Shown here one piece after another: positions 8,901 through 18,185 of a stretch of DNA of 64,000 nt. Under the pieces are notes generated by a model. That model was not told the origin of the DNA. It did no database searches and saw only the letters and a program-made list of their open reading frames with translations. The first letter of the stretch is position 1. Each line of letters begins with the position of its first letter. The DNA comes from Pontiella sp. (GTDB taxonomy: Bacteria; Verrucomicrobiota; Kiritimatiellia; Kiritimatiellales; Pontiellaceae), in NCBI GenBank assembly GCA_050290185.1, contig JBNKHE010000001.1, positions 226,713 to 290,712 on the forward strand, written 5' to 3'. A program made the position numbers and the translations under genes.

Positions 8901-9953
8901 TTACTTGGAAAACAGGTTCTTGTACTGGCCATAGCCTTCCTTTTCCAGGTCTTCCTTGGGGATGAAGCGCAGGGCGGCGGAGTTCATGCAGTAGCGTTTT
9001 CCGTTCGGCCGTGGTCCGTCATTGAAGACGTGACCGAGGTGCGAATTAGCGTGCTTACTTCTGATTTCCGTTCGTCGGCTGAAGAAGCTGTTGTCTTCCT
9101 TTTCGACGATGTTTTTCGGCTCCAGCGGACGGGTGAAACTGGGCCAGCCGGTGCCGGATTTAAACTTGTCCTTCGAGGAAAAGAGCGGCTCGCCGGATAC
9201 AACATCAACGTAGATGCCCTCTTTATGGTTGTCCCAGTATGCGTTGTGGAATGGCGGTTCGGTGCCGCTTTCCTGGGTGACCCGGTACTGCAGCGGGGTC
9301 AGTTTCTTTTTCAGCTCGTCCTTGGTGTAGGTGACGCGTTTTACGATGTCGGCGGTCGGGTCCATCTTGTCCCGGCCCTTACCCCAGACCTTGTCGAGGT
9401 ATTGGTCGCGCCCCGAACGGCTGCGGTAGTATTTGTACTTGATGGGATGCTCGCTGTGATAATTCTGATGATGATCCTCGGCGCGATAGAATTTTCTAGC
9501 GGGAAGGATTTCAACGGTAACCGGCTTGTTATAAATCCCGGAGTCCTGCAGTTCCTGCTTCGATTGTTCGGCGATCTCTTTCTGTTTGTCATCCTTGTAG
9601 AAGATGACGGGTCGGTATTGCGGGCCGCGGTCGACAAACTGCCCGCCGCTATCCGTCGGATTGATCTGCCGCCAGAATACATTCAGCAGCTGATGGTAGG
9701 TGATTTTGGCCGGATCATAGGTGACTTTCACCACTTCAACGTGGCCCTTTTCTGCATAGTCCCCGTAGGTGGGATCGAGCCCCGTGCCACCACTGTAGCC
9801 GGATACGGCTTCCTTCACGCCCGGCAACTCATCAAACGGGGTTTCCACGCACCAGAAGCAACCTCCTGCAAAAATGGCGGTTTCCGCCATGGGTTCGGCC
9901 GCTTGTAGAATGGATCCTGCAAAGGCCAGTACTGCGATTAAGATATATTTCAT
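8901..9953 (-). CDS. msrAB: Exported bifunctional peptide-methionine sulfoxide reductase MsrA/MsrB
   Basis: [10 protein letters not shown] (MsrA); [26 protein letters not shown] (MsrB); signal peptide begins at ATG 9953. Confidence 0.95.
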   Translation of the reverse strand: MKYILIAVLAFAGSILQAAEPMAETAIFAGGCFWCVETPFDELPGVKEAVSGYSGGTGLDPTYGDYAEKGHVEVVKVTYDPAKITYHQLLNVFWRQINPTDSGGQFVDRGPQYRPVIFYKDDKQKEIAEQSKQELQDSGIYNKPVTVEILPARKFYRAEDHHQNYHSEHPIKYKYYRSRSGRDQYLDKVWGKGRDKMDPTADIVKRVTYTKDELKKKLTPLQYRVTQESGTEPPFHNAYWDNHKEGIYVDVVSGEPLFSSKDKFKSGTGWPSFTRPLEPKNIVEKEDNSFFSRRTEIRSKHANSHLGHVFNDGPRPNGKRYCMNSAALRFIPKEDLEKEGYGQYKNLFSK

Positions 9954-10064
9954 TTCAAACCTTCCTTTCATCTACTCCTATATTCGGATGTACTGTCTGG
10001 ATGTGACCGTAAATCGCAGATGATTTTCTCCTCGTCATACGGAAGAGGGTCGGAATAAATATCG

Positions 10065-11315
10065 ATGATGAATTCCACGCAACGTTTGATTTTGTTTACC
10101 CGGCTTCCCCAACCCGGAACGACCAAGACCCGAATGATTCCCCACTTGGGTGCGGAAGGTGCGGCGCAGCTGCAAAAGCAGATGACGGAGCATACGGTTC
10201 GCCAAGCCCGCAAAACCGGTGTGCCGATTGAAATCCGCTACACCGGCGGTTCGGAACAGCAGATGCGCGAATGGCTGGGCGGCGATCTCGATTATGCGGA
10301 ACAGGGCGACGGCGATCTGGGTGAACGCATGCGGCGGACGTTTGAAAAGCATTTTTCAACCCGGGCCGAGCGCGTGGTCATTGTCGGGTCCGACTGCCCT
10401 TCCAATGGCTGGAAAAACATGCAGGAGGCCTTTCGCGCGTTGGAAAACACGGATTGCGTGTTGGGTCCTGCGAGTGATGGCGGATACTATTTGATTGGTT
10501 TGTCTAGGGCTGGGACCGAGATCCAGCCCCTATTTGAGGGTATCGACTGGGGCGGTTCGGATGTATTAGAGCAGACCATGAAGGCCGCCGCCGGGCTTTC
10601 GATTCATCAACTTCAAATGCTTCACGACGTCGATCTACCGGAAGACATTCCTCCCAAGATTTCGGTCGTTATCCCAACCCTGAACGAAGAGACGCATCTG
10701 GCCCAAACGCTGGAACGTGTAGGCGAAGGCTTCAACGTCGAGGTGATCGTGGTGGATGGCGGCAGCACGGACGGAACGCGGGCGATTGCGCCCGATTGCC
10801 TGACGTGTTCGGAGGGACGGGCCGCGCAGCAAAACATGGGGGCAAAGGCAGCTTCGGGGGAACTTCTCCTCTTTCTGCATGCCGATACGATCCTTCCAAA
10901 CGGCTGGGATTGGATCGTGCGCGAAACATTGTCCGATCCGTCGGTCGATCTGGGTGCTTTCACCTTCAAGATCCGCGAGGCTTTCCCGGGGCAAAAGCTT
11001 ATCGAGAATGCCACCAACTGGCGCTCCCGTGTACAGCAGCTACCCTACGGCGACCAGGGGCTTTTCCTGAGCAAGGAAATCTTCGATGCGGTAGGCGGTT
11101 TCACGGATATACCGATCATGGAGGACTACGCCTTAGTTCGTTCGTTGCGCAAACATGGCCGCATCGTCACCGCTCCCGAATCGGCCGTTACCTCCGGCCG
11201 CCGCTGGAAACAGCACGGTGTTTTCAAGGTAACGCTGATCAACAAGCTGATGATCCTTGGTTACCACCTTGGGGTTCCTCCCGCCAAGCTCGCTCAATTC
11301 TATCGAAGTAAATGA
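10065..11315 (+). CDS. Fusion of TIGR04282 (DUF2064/CofC-like) and TIGR04283 (GT2) arsenosugar-associated transferases
   Basis: KTRMIP, GDLGERM, GSDCP, GPASDGGYYLIG, DVD; then SVVIPTLNEE, LFLHADT, PYGDQG, IMED, TSGRRW. Confidence 0.9.
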   Translation: MMNSTQRLILFTRLPQPGTTKTRMIPHLGAEGAAQLQKQMTEHTVRQARKTGVPIEIRYTGGSEQQMREWLGGDLDYAEQGDGDLGERMRRTFEKHFSTRAERVVIVGSDCPSNGWKNMQEAFRALENTDCVLGPASDGGYYLIGLSRAGTEIQPLFEGIDWGGSDVLEQTMKAAAGLSIHQLQMLHDVDLPEDIPPKISVVIPTLNEETHLAQTLERVGEGFNVEVIVVDGGSTDGTRAIAPDCLTCSEGRAAQQNMGAKAASGELLLFLHADTILPNGWDWIVRETLSDPSVDLGAFTFKIREAFPGQKLIENATNWRSRVQQLPYGDQGLFLSKEIFDAVGGFTDIPIMEDYALVRSLRKHGRIVTAPESAVTSGRRWKQHGVFKVTLINKLMILGYHLGVPPAKLAQFYRSK

Positions 11316-11345
11316 ATTAGGCTTCGCAGTGATGAATTCCCATGA

Positions 11346-11852
11346 TCACGCATTTTGTTTTTCAAAGATACCCAGAGCCCATTCGGTGGCATTTTTCAGA
11401 TCGGTTTCATCGGGATGGCCGGCGGCATCCTTCCATAGTTTCTTGCGCGACTCGGTGGGACCATAGCCGTGATCCTTCGGTAGGGCCTCCATCCATTCAA
11501 TCAGTTCCGGATCGATCGCGCCCTGGCAGATGAAATGGCCAATGATTTCACAATCCGGAATAAGTTTGGCCGTGGCATCAAGGCTTTCGGCCGCATGCTT
11601 GGAATCGGGATAGGCACCGAGAGTGGCAAACAGGGCCACCTTCTGCCCCGAGAGCCGTTTCATATAAAGCTGCATATTTTCATCCGCCGTGCCGTTTTCA
11701 ACCCAGAAGCCAAGCAGGATCAAATCGTAGTTGCACGGGTTGGGAGCCATCTCAACGCGACTTAAATCGGCACAAGGAAGTTCCAAGTGAATGGCTTGAG
11801 CCAATTTACGGGTGTTGCCGGTCTTGCTGGAATAGACGATCAAAGTTTTCAT
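11346..11852 (-). CDS. Flavodoxin family protein
   Basis: YSSKTGNT FMN loop; GFWV..G; FATLGA; HPDETD. Confidence 0.9.
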   Translation of the reverse strand: MKTLIVYSSKTGNTRKLAQAIHLELPCADLSRVEMAPNPCNYDLILLGFWVENGTADENMQLYMKRLSGQKVALFATLGAYPDSKHAAESLDATAKLIPDCEIIGHFICQGAIDPELIEWMEALPKDHGYGPTESRKKLWKDAAGHPDETDLKNATEWALGIFEKQNA

Positions 11853-12095
11853 TTAGCTACCTCATTGCGTTGAACGCTGATTTGTTTTCAAAGGGTGTGG
11901 TCTCAGCATTCCTGTCTTGAGTCCCGGCGTCAAGGTTCACCTGACCTGAATGCGTGAAAAAACGCCGAAAATACCCCGCGGGTTTAAAAGGATCGGCCCA
12001 AAAGGACCGTCATACGTGCCATTCCGCCGTAAACCAGCATTCCCAGGAAACCGATGCGGATGAATCTTCGTATCCTATACCTAATAATCTGGATT

Positions 12096-12114
12096 TGTGG
12101 GGAATATCCCCACA
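12096..12114. promoter_or_regulatory. 19-bp palindromic operator-like site (perfect copy)
   Basis: TGTGGGGA-ATA-TCCCCACA, 42 bp upstream of ATG 12157. Confidence 0.7.
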
Positions 12115-12156
12115 CGCCACGCGACTCGACTAGTGGACCTAACCAAAGGAGACACT

Positions 12157-13341
12157 ATGCGAGTTATACGAAAAGCCGGATGGCTGTTGTTGATCGGAAC
12201 CGGATTGCTCTGGCCACAGCAGGGATGGGGAACGTTCCAGGGAGGAATTCTGGTATATGCATGGGACAGCAGTTCCGGCCTCACCCCTCCCCCCTCGACG
12301 TCCGCCCAACTTGATACCAATTCTAGCCAATCTTTCGGCACCAACAATCTGATAATATTTGATGGCTATTTCGAGGCCGGAACACATGTGGTTGAGGTAT
12401 CGAGCGGATCCCGCGGATATGTTCCTCGCCCAAGCCCCACCGACCCGGATGCCTTGAGCGATCCCTATTCGGCTTATGGAAATCCTCGCTATGTCCATAT
12501 TTCGGAAACCACGAATCTCGTGCCCGTCAGCTTCCAGTTTGACCCGGTGGTTACAGTTTCGGCGGTGGTGCGCGATGCATGGACCATGGAGCGGTTGGCC
12601 GACGCCTCCATCCAGTTCATCTTCGAAGGATCCACCGATAAAATCACTATTACCAAATACCCTTCAACGGCCACGTATGCATCAAACTGGCTCAGCGATG
12701 CATCGGGGAATTTCCCCACAAACACGATACTTTATCTCCACAATTATGACATACGCATGACCAAACCCGGCTACCTGCCGTTCATTGAAGCCAATGTGAT
12801 CAGCAATGCTCAGCCAGGGGATGTCATCGACCTTGGAACGATTTTCATGGAACCCATCGACAACAATACAAATCAGATTGCCGATGTGTGGGAGGCTGAA
12901 TTTTTTGGAACAAACAGCACTGTCACAGCCGAGGTAGACGTCGATGGAGACGGCATATCGAATCTCGGCGAATACATCACCGGAACCGATCCCACCAACC
13001 AACCGAGTTGCCTGCGGGTTGAGACCTCCCTCGCCACGAATGGGCTTTGGCTTACATGGCCCACGGAACCGGATCACACCTACCGCGTCTGCGGCACCAC
13101 GAATCCATGCGCCGACAGCTGGTTGCAGGTGGGGGGGCCGTGGACCGCCACCAACGGCCAATATGAAATGGTCTGGGCGGAAACCAACATGGATCTAAGC
13201 TGGAATAACGCCTATCGCGTGGAAGTCGTTCCATGCTGGTGGCAAGGAACCAACCAGGTGCTGATCAATACCAACATGCCTGTTTTTAAAGGAGGAACCA
13301 ATACGTGGGGAGGAGATCTAGATCTACCGCCGATCCCTTGA
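12157..13341 (+). CDS. Secreted protein with carboxypeptidase-regulatory-like beta domain, DxDGDG Ca-binding motif and PVC-type C-terminal domain
   Basis: AAGGAG RBS; signal peptide; VRDAWT..LADA..KPGY; DVDGDGISNLGEYITGTDP; LTW..YRV..W..YRVEV. Confidence 0.8.
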   Translation: MRVIRKAGWLLLIGTGLLWPQQGWGTFQGGILVYAWDSSSGLTPPPSTSAQLDTNSSQSFGTNNLIIFDGYFEAGTHVVEVSSGSRGYVPRPSPTDPDALSDPYSAYGNPRYVHISETTNLVPVSFQFDPVVTVSAVVRDAWTMERLADASIQFIFEGSTDKITITKYPSTATYASNWLSDASGNFPTNTILYLHNYDIRMTKPGYLPFIEANVISNAQPGDVIDLGTIFMEPIDNNTNQIADVWEAEFFGTNSTVTAEVDVDGDGISNLGEYITGTDPTNQPSCLRVETSLATNGLWLTWPTEPDHTYRVCGTTNPCADSWLQVGGPWTATNGQYEMVWAETNMDLSWNNAYRVEVVPCWWQGTNQVLINTNMPVFKGGTNTWGGDLDLPPIP

Positions 13342-13387
13342 GGTTAAATCAGCGTATCCGAAAAAGGCCGTATCGGTGCATATGCTA

Positions 13388-13414
13388 TGTGGGGAAACTC
13401 TCCACAAAGCCTTT
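13388..13414 (+). repeat. 27-bp direct repeat copy 1, containing the 19-bp palindrome
   Basis: TGTGGGGAAACTCTCCACAAAGCCTTT, identical to 14453-14479. Confidence 0.9.
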
Positions 13415-13491
13415 TGTTCGCAATCTAGTATTTTTTGCTAGATTAGGTGTCCGTTGCAAACGGAGCACCAACGCATACGAAAGGACCTCAA

Positions 13492-13845
13492 ATGGAAGAG
13501 ACATCGAACCGAAAACTTGGCACCCGAAAAGATGGCAGTCTGTTTGATGAAGCAACCATTGAAGCCGTATGGATAAAAGGGGTGCCCGCGCAGGAAGTTG
13601 ACTCGCTCAGGAAAGACAGATACGGAGCATTAATGGCTCGTTCTGAATATGGCGAAACAACACGCCACGGATGGGAAATCGATCATATCATACCGGTTTC
13701 AAAAGGCGGAACAGACAGTCTGTCCAACCTGCAGCCTCTACATTGGGAAAATAATCGTTGCAAGAGCGATAACCTGCTCGATCTGGACCGCGAAGAATCC
13801 CGTATTCCACACGATACGCATGGTACAGACCGGCCATCATCATAA
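13492..13845 (+). CDS. Stand-alone HNH endonuclease
   Basis: GWEIDHIIPVSKGGTDSLSNLQPLHWENNRCKSD; AAGGA RBS. Confidence 0.88.
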   Translation: MEETSNRKLGTRKDGSLFDEATIEAVWIKGVPAQEVDSLRKDRYGALMARSEYGETTRHGWEIDHIIPVSKGGTDSLSNLQPLHWENNRCKSDNLLDLDREESRIPHDTHGTDRPSS

Positions 13846-13901
13846 ACAACAAAACCACGCCGTTAGATAAATATTTCAGGGATTGGGATGCTAACAGACA
13901 A

Positions 13902-14432
13902 ATGAACTTCCACGAATCAAGACTCTTAAGAATACGCCCCTTTCGGCAGGCATTGGCTGAGATTTTAATGGCGACGTTTGATCAAATGTCGGATGAAGAA
14001 TGGCTGAATTTCAGGCAACAGCAACTTGTTTTTTTTCAATCCTCCATCCCTCCCAAATCAAGCGAAACACTGAAGAACAAGTGGGATCGAGTGGTTCCCG
14101 CCGGGTGTATCAGCGTCATCAATGCGCAATCGGAATATGTCAGCGCAACGGTCGAAGCAATGATTGAAATAGCGGTTGGGACCCACACATCCAAGTTCAA
14201 TATACCGCTTTCGATTCTGTTGAAAACCACGAGATCCTCCCTTGCAAAAGACGCGGCTGCCCTCCCTCGCAATATCTTCAAGATTGGCATTCATACCATG
14301 GTGCTCACGCGGCTGGCTGCACATGCGCTCGTCCATGAAATACAGGTTGCGTTGACCTCCACGCAAAAGTCCAGGCCCAAGCGACTGGAGGTGGTATTTT
14401 GTATTCTTCCTCCGGAAGTCCTCAATGCATGA
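13902..14432 (+). CDS. Hypothetical protein
   Basis: 176-aa ORF filling the gap, same strand as neighbours; no recognisable family. Confidence 0.45.
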   Translation: MNFHESRLLRIRPFRQALAEILMATFDQMSDEEWLNFRQQQLVFFQSSIPPKSSETLKNKWDRVVPAGCISVINAQSEYVSATVEAMIEIAVGTHTSKFNIPLSILLKTTRSSLAKDAAALPRNIFKIGIHTMVLTRLAAHALVHEIQVALTSTQKSRPKRLEVVFCILPPEVLNA

Positions 14433-14452
14433 TACCGGTCGTGGCACCCTTT

Positions 14453-14479
14453 TGTGGGGAAACTCTCCACAAAGCCTTT
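14453..14479 (+). repeat. 27-bp direct repeat copy 2, containing the 19-bp palindrome
   Basis: Identical to 13388-13414. Confidence 0.9.
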
Positions 14480-14582
14480 GCTTCACCATTGCCAGAAACA
14501 CGTTAGACTCATTCGCATCATTTTACGGCACAGTCAGTAGCTTTCCGGGGATTCGTGTCCCCTTGAAATGGAGAAGGAATAG

Positions 14583-14891
14583 ATGGGACCATTGATGTAC
14601 AGACACCGACCGTACTACACGGCACTGATTGCCGCGGCCGTCGTTCTGGTGTTTGGTATGTGCGTGAGTTGCTGCCTGAAGAATCGGGTTGAGATCGGAG
14701 AGGCCAACCGTTCGACCGTAGCCTTGGTTATCTGTCTGACGGCCGCGATCTCCGGCGCTTTGGTGATCTCCGCCTTTGCCCGCTACACATTCACCCACCT
14801 CTGGAAAACACCCGATCCCGCCTTCGCGAAAAAAAAGCGGCAAAAAGGACGCAGACCGGGATACAACAAACCAGGTCGGGTAGATTCCTGA
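14583..14891 (+). CDS. Small membrane protein (2 TM, basic C-terminal tail)
   Basis: Two hydrophobic segments; GGAGAAGG upstream. Confidence 0.65.
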   Translation: MGPLMYRHRPYYTALIAAAVVLVFGMCVSCCLKNRVEIGEANRSTVALVICLTAAISGALVISAFARYTFTHLWKTPDPAFAKKKRQKGRRPGYNKPGRVDS

Positions 14892-14913
14892 CAGACATAA
14901 CCACGCACCGGTT

Positions 14914-16656
14914 TTAAAAATGCCAAATCGCTGAAACGAAGAGCTGGTGCTTGGTGACGTCGGAACGGACGGCTTGTCCTGCCAGGAGTGAGTCCCTGAC
15001 GTTGTTGCCTTGCTCAAAGATGTAGGCCACATCCAAAATGGTCTTTCCGGTTTCCTTACCGAGCGAGATCCCTGAACCGAGGCTGAAGCCCCAGTATTCG
15101 TCCGGCGCTCCAACAGCTGGGCGCTGCTCCCAGAACATGCCTCCGCGCAGCGGGATTTCCGTCTGCGACAGCACACACACATACTCACCTCCGAGGCGGA
15201 TGGACCAACAGTCGTCCAGCATTGAGGAGGAATGGGGTTCGCCGTTGACGGGATTTATGCGCGCTTCGCCTTCCGCCTTGTAGCTGTACTCCGACCAATA
15301 CGTTCGGCTAGTATCCATGGAGATATAGAGCCGATCGCTCCAGCGCCACAGGGCACCGACCGACCAGTAGAGCGGGAAGGTATATTCCACATCGCGTGTC
15401 TGGGCATCCCGAAACACGGTGTTGGCCACCTGGACCAGATTGCTATCGAACGTGGAAACCTGATGATCGACTCGCTTGGTCTGCTTGCCATAGCCCGTCC
15501 ATGGCAGATCGACCGTTGCGCCAATCGTCAGCTTTTCGCTAGCGGCCCAGAGCGCACCGAGAGTGGCATTGATGCCATGAAAATCTTCCGTATCATTATC
15601 CTCACGGTATATACCTGCAACCGTATAGGCATCTACCTGCACGTTGGTTTGCACATCGGAAAACGTGTTGGTTACCGTTTCTTCTGGAACAGGAATCGTA
15701 ATTGGATCGGACGGATCACCGGTGTATCGCTCTCCGGAATAGGTATTTACCGCCGTCGAACTGCGTGTGGTAGTGATGTCGGAAATGCTGTCGGACGAGC
15801 CCGAGTATTCCGCAACGAGTGTGGACTCAATCGGATTTCCGCGGCTGGCTCCGTCGGTATAGAGGTTGACTGCGATCCCGAGTGAAAACTGCGGCGTAAC
15901 ATCAAGAGCAAAGGCCGGAGATAATGCATCGATGGTTCCCTCCTGCCTAAAATCGATGCTGGAAAGCAGCGTGGAATTAAGCACTTGATGGATATCGCTT
16001 CGCGCCGCTGTCGTGACATCGGCCACAATTGTCAGGCTCTGGTTGACATCGCTATAATACAGGTTCGTGGACTGAACGAAGGTTTGGTTGATATTGGTGT
16101 CGATATTCTGACTGGCCTGCCCGCTGAAACGGGCCGTAAATTCATAGGTATAATCATAGGCTTCCTGATAGTTGAGGGAAACCACGGCATTGCGGTCGTT
16201 CAGGAGAAATGGATAGACGGCGCTGAGATAGTTGAGTTCGCTACTGGCATAACCATCATCTCCGGATTCCAGTGCACTGGTTTGGGATTCGTGGGCATCT
16301 TTCTCCGCCGAAAAGCGATAGACCGCCGAAACCTCCGGGAATTCAAGCTGCACGAGGCCTGCCGGATTCCACGAAGCGGCCGTCGCATCGTCGGCGACAG
16401 CCGTGAACGCTCCGGCCTGCCCGAGCGCACGCGCACCGGAACCGACCGGGAGCGGTGCGGCGAAAATGGTTGGAGGACGGAAGCCGGCATTGGCCGGCGG
16501 ATCAGGCTCCTCCAGTTGCCCCGTCGGTCCGGCATGGCTGATGTCCAATTCAACCGCTCCCCCCGGCGTCACGATCACCACAGGCACCGCGCGCAGCGCG
16601 CTGGAAAACGCGATGCTGGCAGCAAAAATGACGAAGGATATACGGAACTGCTTCAT
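14914..16656 (-). CDS. FadL/OmpP1/PorV-like outer-membrane beta-barrel with large surface insertions
   Basis: GSGARALGQAGAFTAVADDATAASWNPAGL hatch motif; C-terminal aromatic WHF; signal peptide begins at ATG 16656. Confidence 0.85.
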   Translation of the reverse strand: MKQFRISFVIFAASIAFSSALRAVPVVIVTPGGAVELDISHAGPTGQLEEPDPPANAGFRPPTIFAAPLPVGSGARALGQAGAFTAVADDATAASWNPAGLVQLEFPEVSAVYRFSAEKDAHESQTSALESGDDGYASSELNYLSAVYPFLLNDRNAVVSLNYQEAYDYTYEFTARFSGQASQNIDTNINQTFVQSTNLYYSDVNQSLTIVADVTTAARSDIHQVLNSTLLSSIDFRQEGTIDALSPAFALDVTPQFSLGIAVNLYTDGASRGNPIESTLVAEYSGSSDSISDITTTRSSTAVNTYSGERYTGDPSDPITIPVPEETVTNTFSDVQTNVQVDAYTVAGIYREDNDTEDFHGINATLGALWAASEKLTIGATVDLPWTGYGKQTKRVDHQVSTFDSNLVQVANTVFRDAQTRDVEYTFPLYWSVGALWRWSDRLYISMDTSRTYWSEYSYKAEGEARINPVNGEPHSSSMLDDCWSIRLGGEYVCVLSQTEIPLRGGMFWEQRPAVGAPDEYWGFSLGSGISLGKETGKTILDVAYIFEQGNNVRDSLLAGQAVRSDVTKHQLFVSAIWHF

Positions 16657-16658
16657 AT

Positions 16659-16745
16659 TGCGGGGGAATCTACCACAATCGAAGCCGCCCCCAAACGTAC
16701 GAAACATCGGAAAGTCGTTGATTTTTTGTAGGGGATTCCCCCACA
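16659..16745. promoter_or_regulatory. Two copies of the 19-bp palindrome in the divergent barrel/ECF intergenic region
   Basis: TGCGGGGG-AAT-CTACCACA (16659-16677) and TGTAGGGG-ATT-CCCCCACA (16727-16745). Confidence 0.62.
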
Positions 16746-16863
16746 TTTTCTGCGCGGAAAAAGAATATACTTTCATCGCAACACTGCCATAATTGCTTTG
16801 GTTCTATGTGAATTTAGACGTCCTCTGGTGAGAGCCCAACCAACGAAAAGCTAGACAGTTTGT

Positions 16864-17478
16864 ATGTATAAGATCCATCCAGATTCTGATCAGGAAATCA
16901 TCGATGCGATACGCGGAAAAAATCGCCTCGGGTGGGAGCTTTTGTTCGCCCGGTACGATCCGCTCATTCAATCCATCGCACGATGGCCCAAATGGAATTT
17001 GTCGGAAGACGAGCAACAGGATGTCTGTCAAAACATCCACATGCATCTCCAGACCGCCCTGCCGACCTTCAGGCAGCAAAGCTCGCTCTCATGGTTTATC
17101 AAGAAAATCGCCATGCGCCAATGCGTCAACGAAATTCGGCGGCAGAAGCGCTGGCGAACCGTCATGACACCATCCATGCAGAAAACGACCGACGGAAACT
17201 GGAATGAGATGGAGTTTGCGTCTACCCCAGACAACGACCCCTATAACGAAGCCGTCCAGCACGAACGACAACGACTCCTCGAGTCAGCCCTGCAGCATTT
17301 ACAGCAGACCTGCAAAGACAGCATCCGCATGTTTTATCTGCAACACCTCTCCTACCGGGAAATGTCCGAACAACTTGGAATAGCCGTTAATACCGTCGGC
17401 AGTCGGCTCTCCAAATGTCTCGACAAACTTCATCACGAACTCCGGCAACATCCATCGTTCGAAAGGGCTGAGCAATGA
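16864..17478 (+). CDS. ECF RNA polymerase sigma-70 factor
   Basis: Region 2 (DVCQ..SLSWFIKKIAMRQCVNEIRR) and region 4 (LSYREMSEQLGIAVNTVGSRL). Confidence 0.93.
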   Translation: MYKIHPDSDQEIIDAIRGKNRLGWELLFARYDPLIQSIARWPKWNLSEDEQQDVCQNIHMHLQTALPTFRQQSSLSWFIKKIAMRQCVNEIRRQKRWRTVMTPSMQKTTDGNWNEMEFASTPDNDPYNEAVQHERQRLLESALQHLQQTCKDSIRMFYLQHLSYREMSEQLGIAVNTVGSRLSKCLDKLHHELRQHPSFERAEQ

Positions 17479-18185
17479 GTGATATAACAACTCTGATCTG
17501 GGCATATCTCCACGACGAACTGTCCCCGGAGAGCAGGAACCATTTTGAAAGTGCGCTGGAGGATAGTCCGAGTCTGCGCAAAGCCCTTGAAGAACAGCGG
17601 GCAACGCACGAAGAGCTAAAAAGCATCCTGCCCCTCATCGAGGCCGAAACAGCAAACGATGAGCAACAGGAAGAACAGTTGATCGCTGAATGGGAAGCGG
17701 AACATCCGGAATTCGCCGAACCGCCGCAGCAGCAAAAGTCCCAAGGCCGAATCATGCGCTTCGCGATACCACTCGCCGTTGCGGCTGCGGCGTGCGTGGT
17801 ACTGCTCGCCCTCCCCGGACATCAGGGCCCGGTCTACTGGCAGAACACGCTTTATGGTACCGCCCCGCAGTTGCGCGGCGAATCCGCAGCCCATCCGCGC
17901 TACAACCAAACCGAACTCGAGCAGGTCAGCCGGCAGCTGCAAAACATTATTGAAGACCACATCGCAAGGCTTCCCGACTCTGCCGAACCGTGGAAGCTCA
18001 AGATTCACCTGCAGGAACTGGCCGGAGGTTATCTGGCCGTAGAAGTCTCCGGACACCCCGCAAACCGGCCGAAACGCTCTCGGACATGGGATGCAACCTT
18101 CCAGGGGAAGGATCGTTTCGATGCAGAGGCTTCCGGGTTCGGCAAACGCATCGCCAACGATCTCGCGGAACAGGACGTACCATGA
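17475..18185 (+). CDS. Putative single-pass anti-sigma factor
   Basis: ATGA overlap with the ECF gene; N-terminal ASD-like AYLHDELS..FE (no Zn ligands); one TM segment. Confidence 0.8.
   Translation: MSDITTLIWAYLHDELSPESRNHFESALEDSPSLRKALEEQRATHEELKSILPLIEAETANDEQQEEQLIAEWEAEHPEFAEPPQQQKSQGRIMRFAIPLAVAAAACVVLLALPGHQGPVYWQNTLYGTAPQLRGESAAHPRYNQTELEQVSRQLQNIIEDHIARLPDSAEPWKLKIHLQELAGGYLAVEVSGHPANRPKRSRTWDATFQGKDRFDAEASGFGKRIANDLAEQDVP

Noticed and set aside
8775..9908. 377-aa plus-strand ORF
   Set aside because: Antisense to the clear msrAB gene
11853..12095. Riboswitch (cobalamin/FMN) upstream of flavodoxin
   Set aside because: Could not find the conserved core motifs by eye; an Rfam scan would be needed
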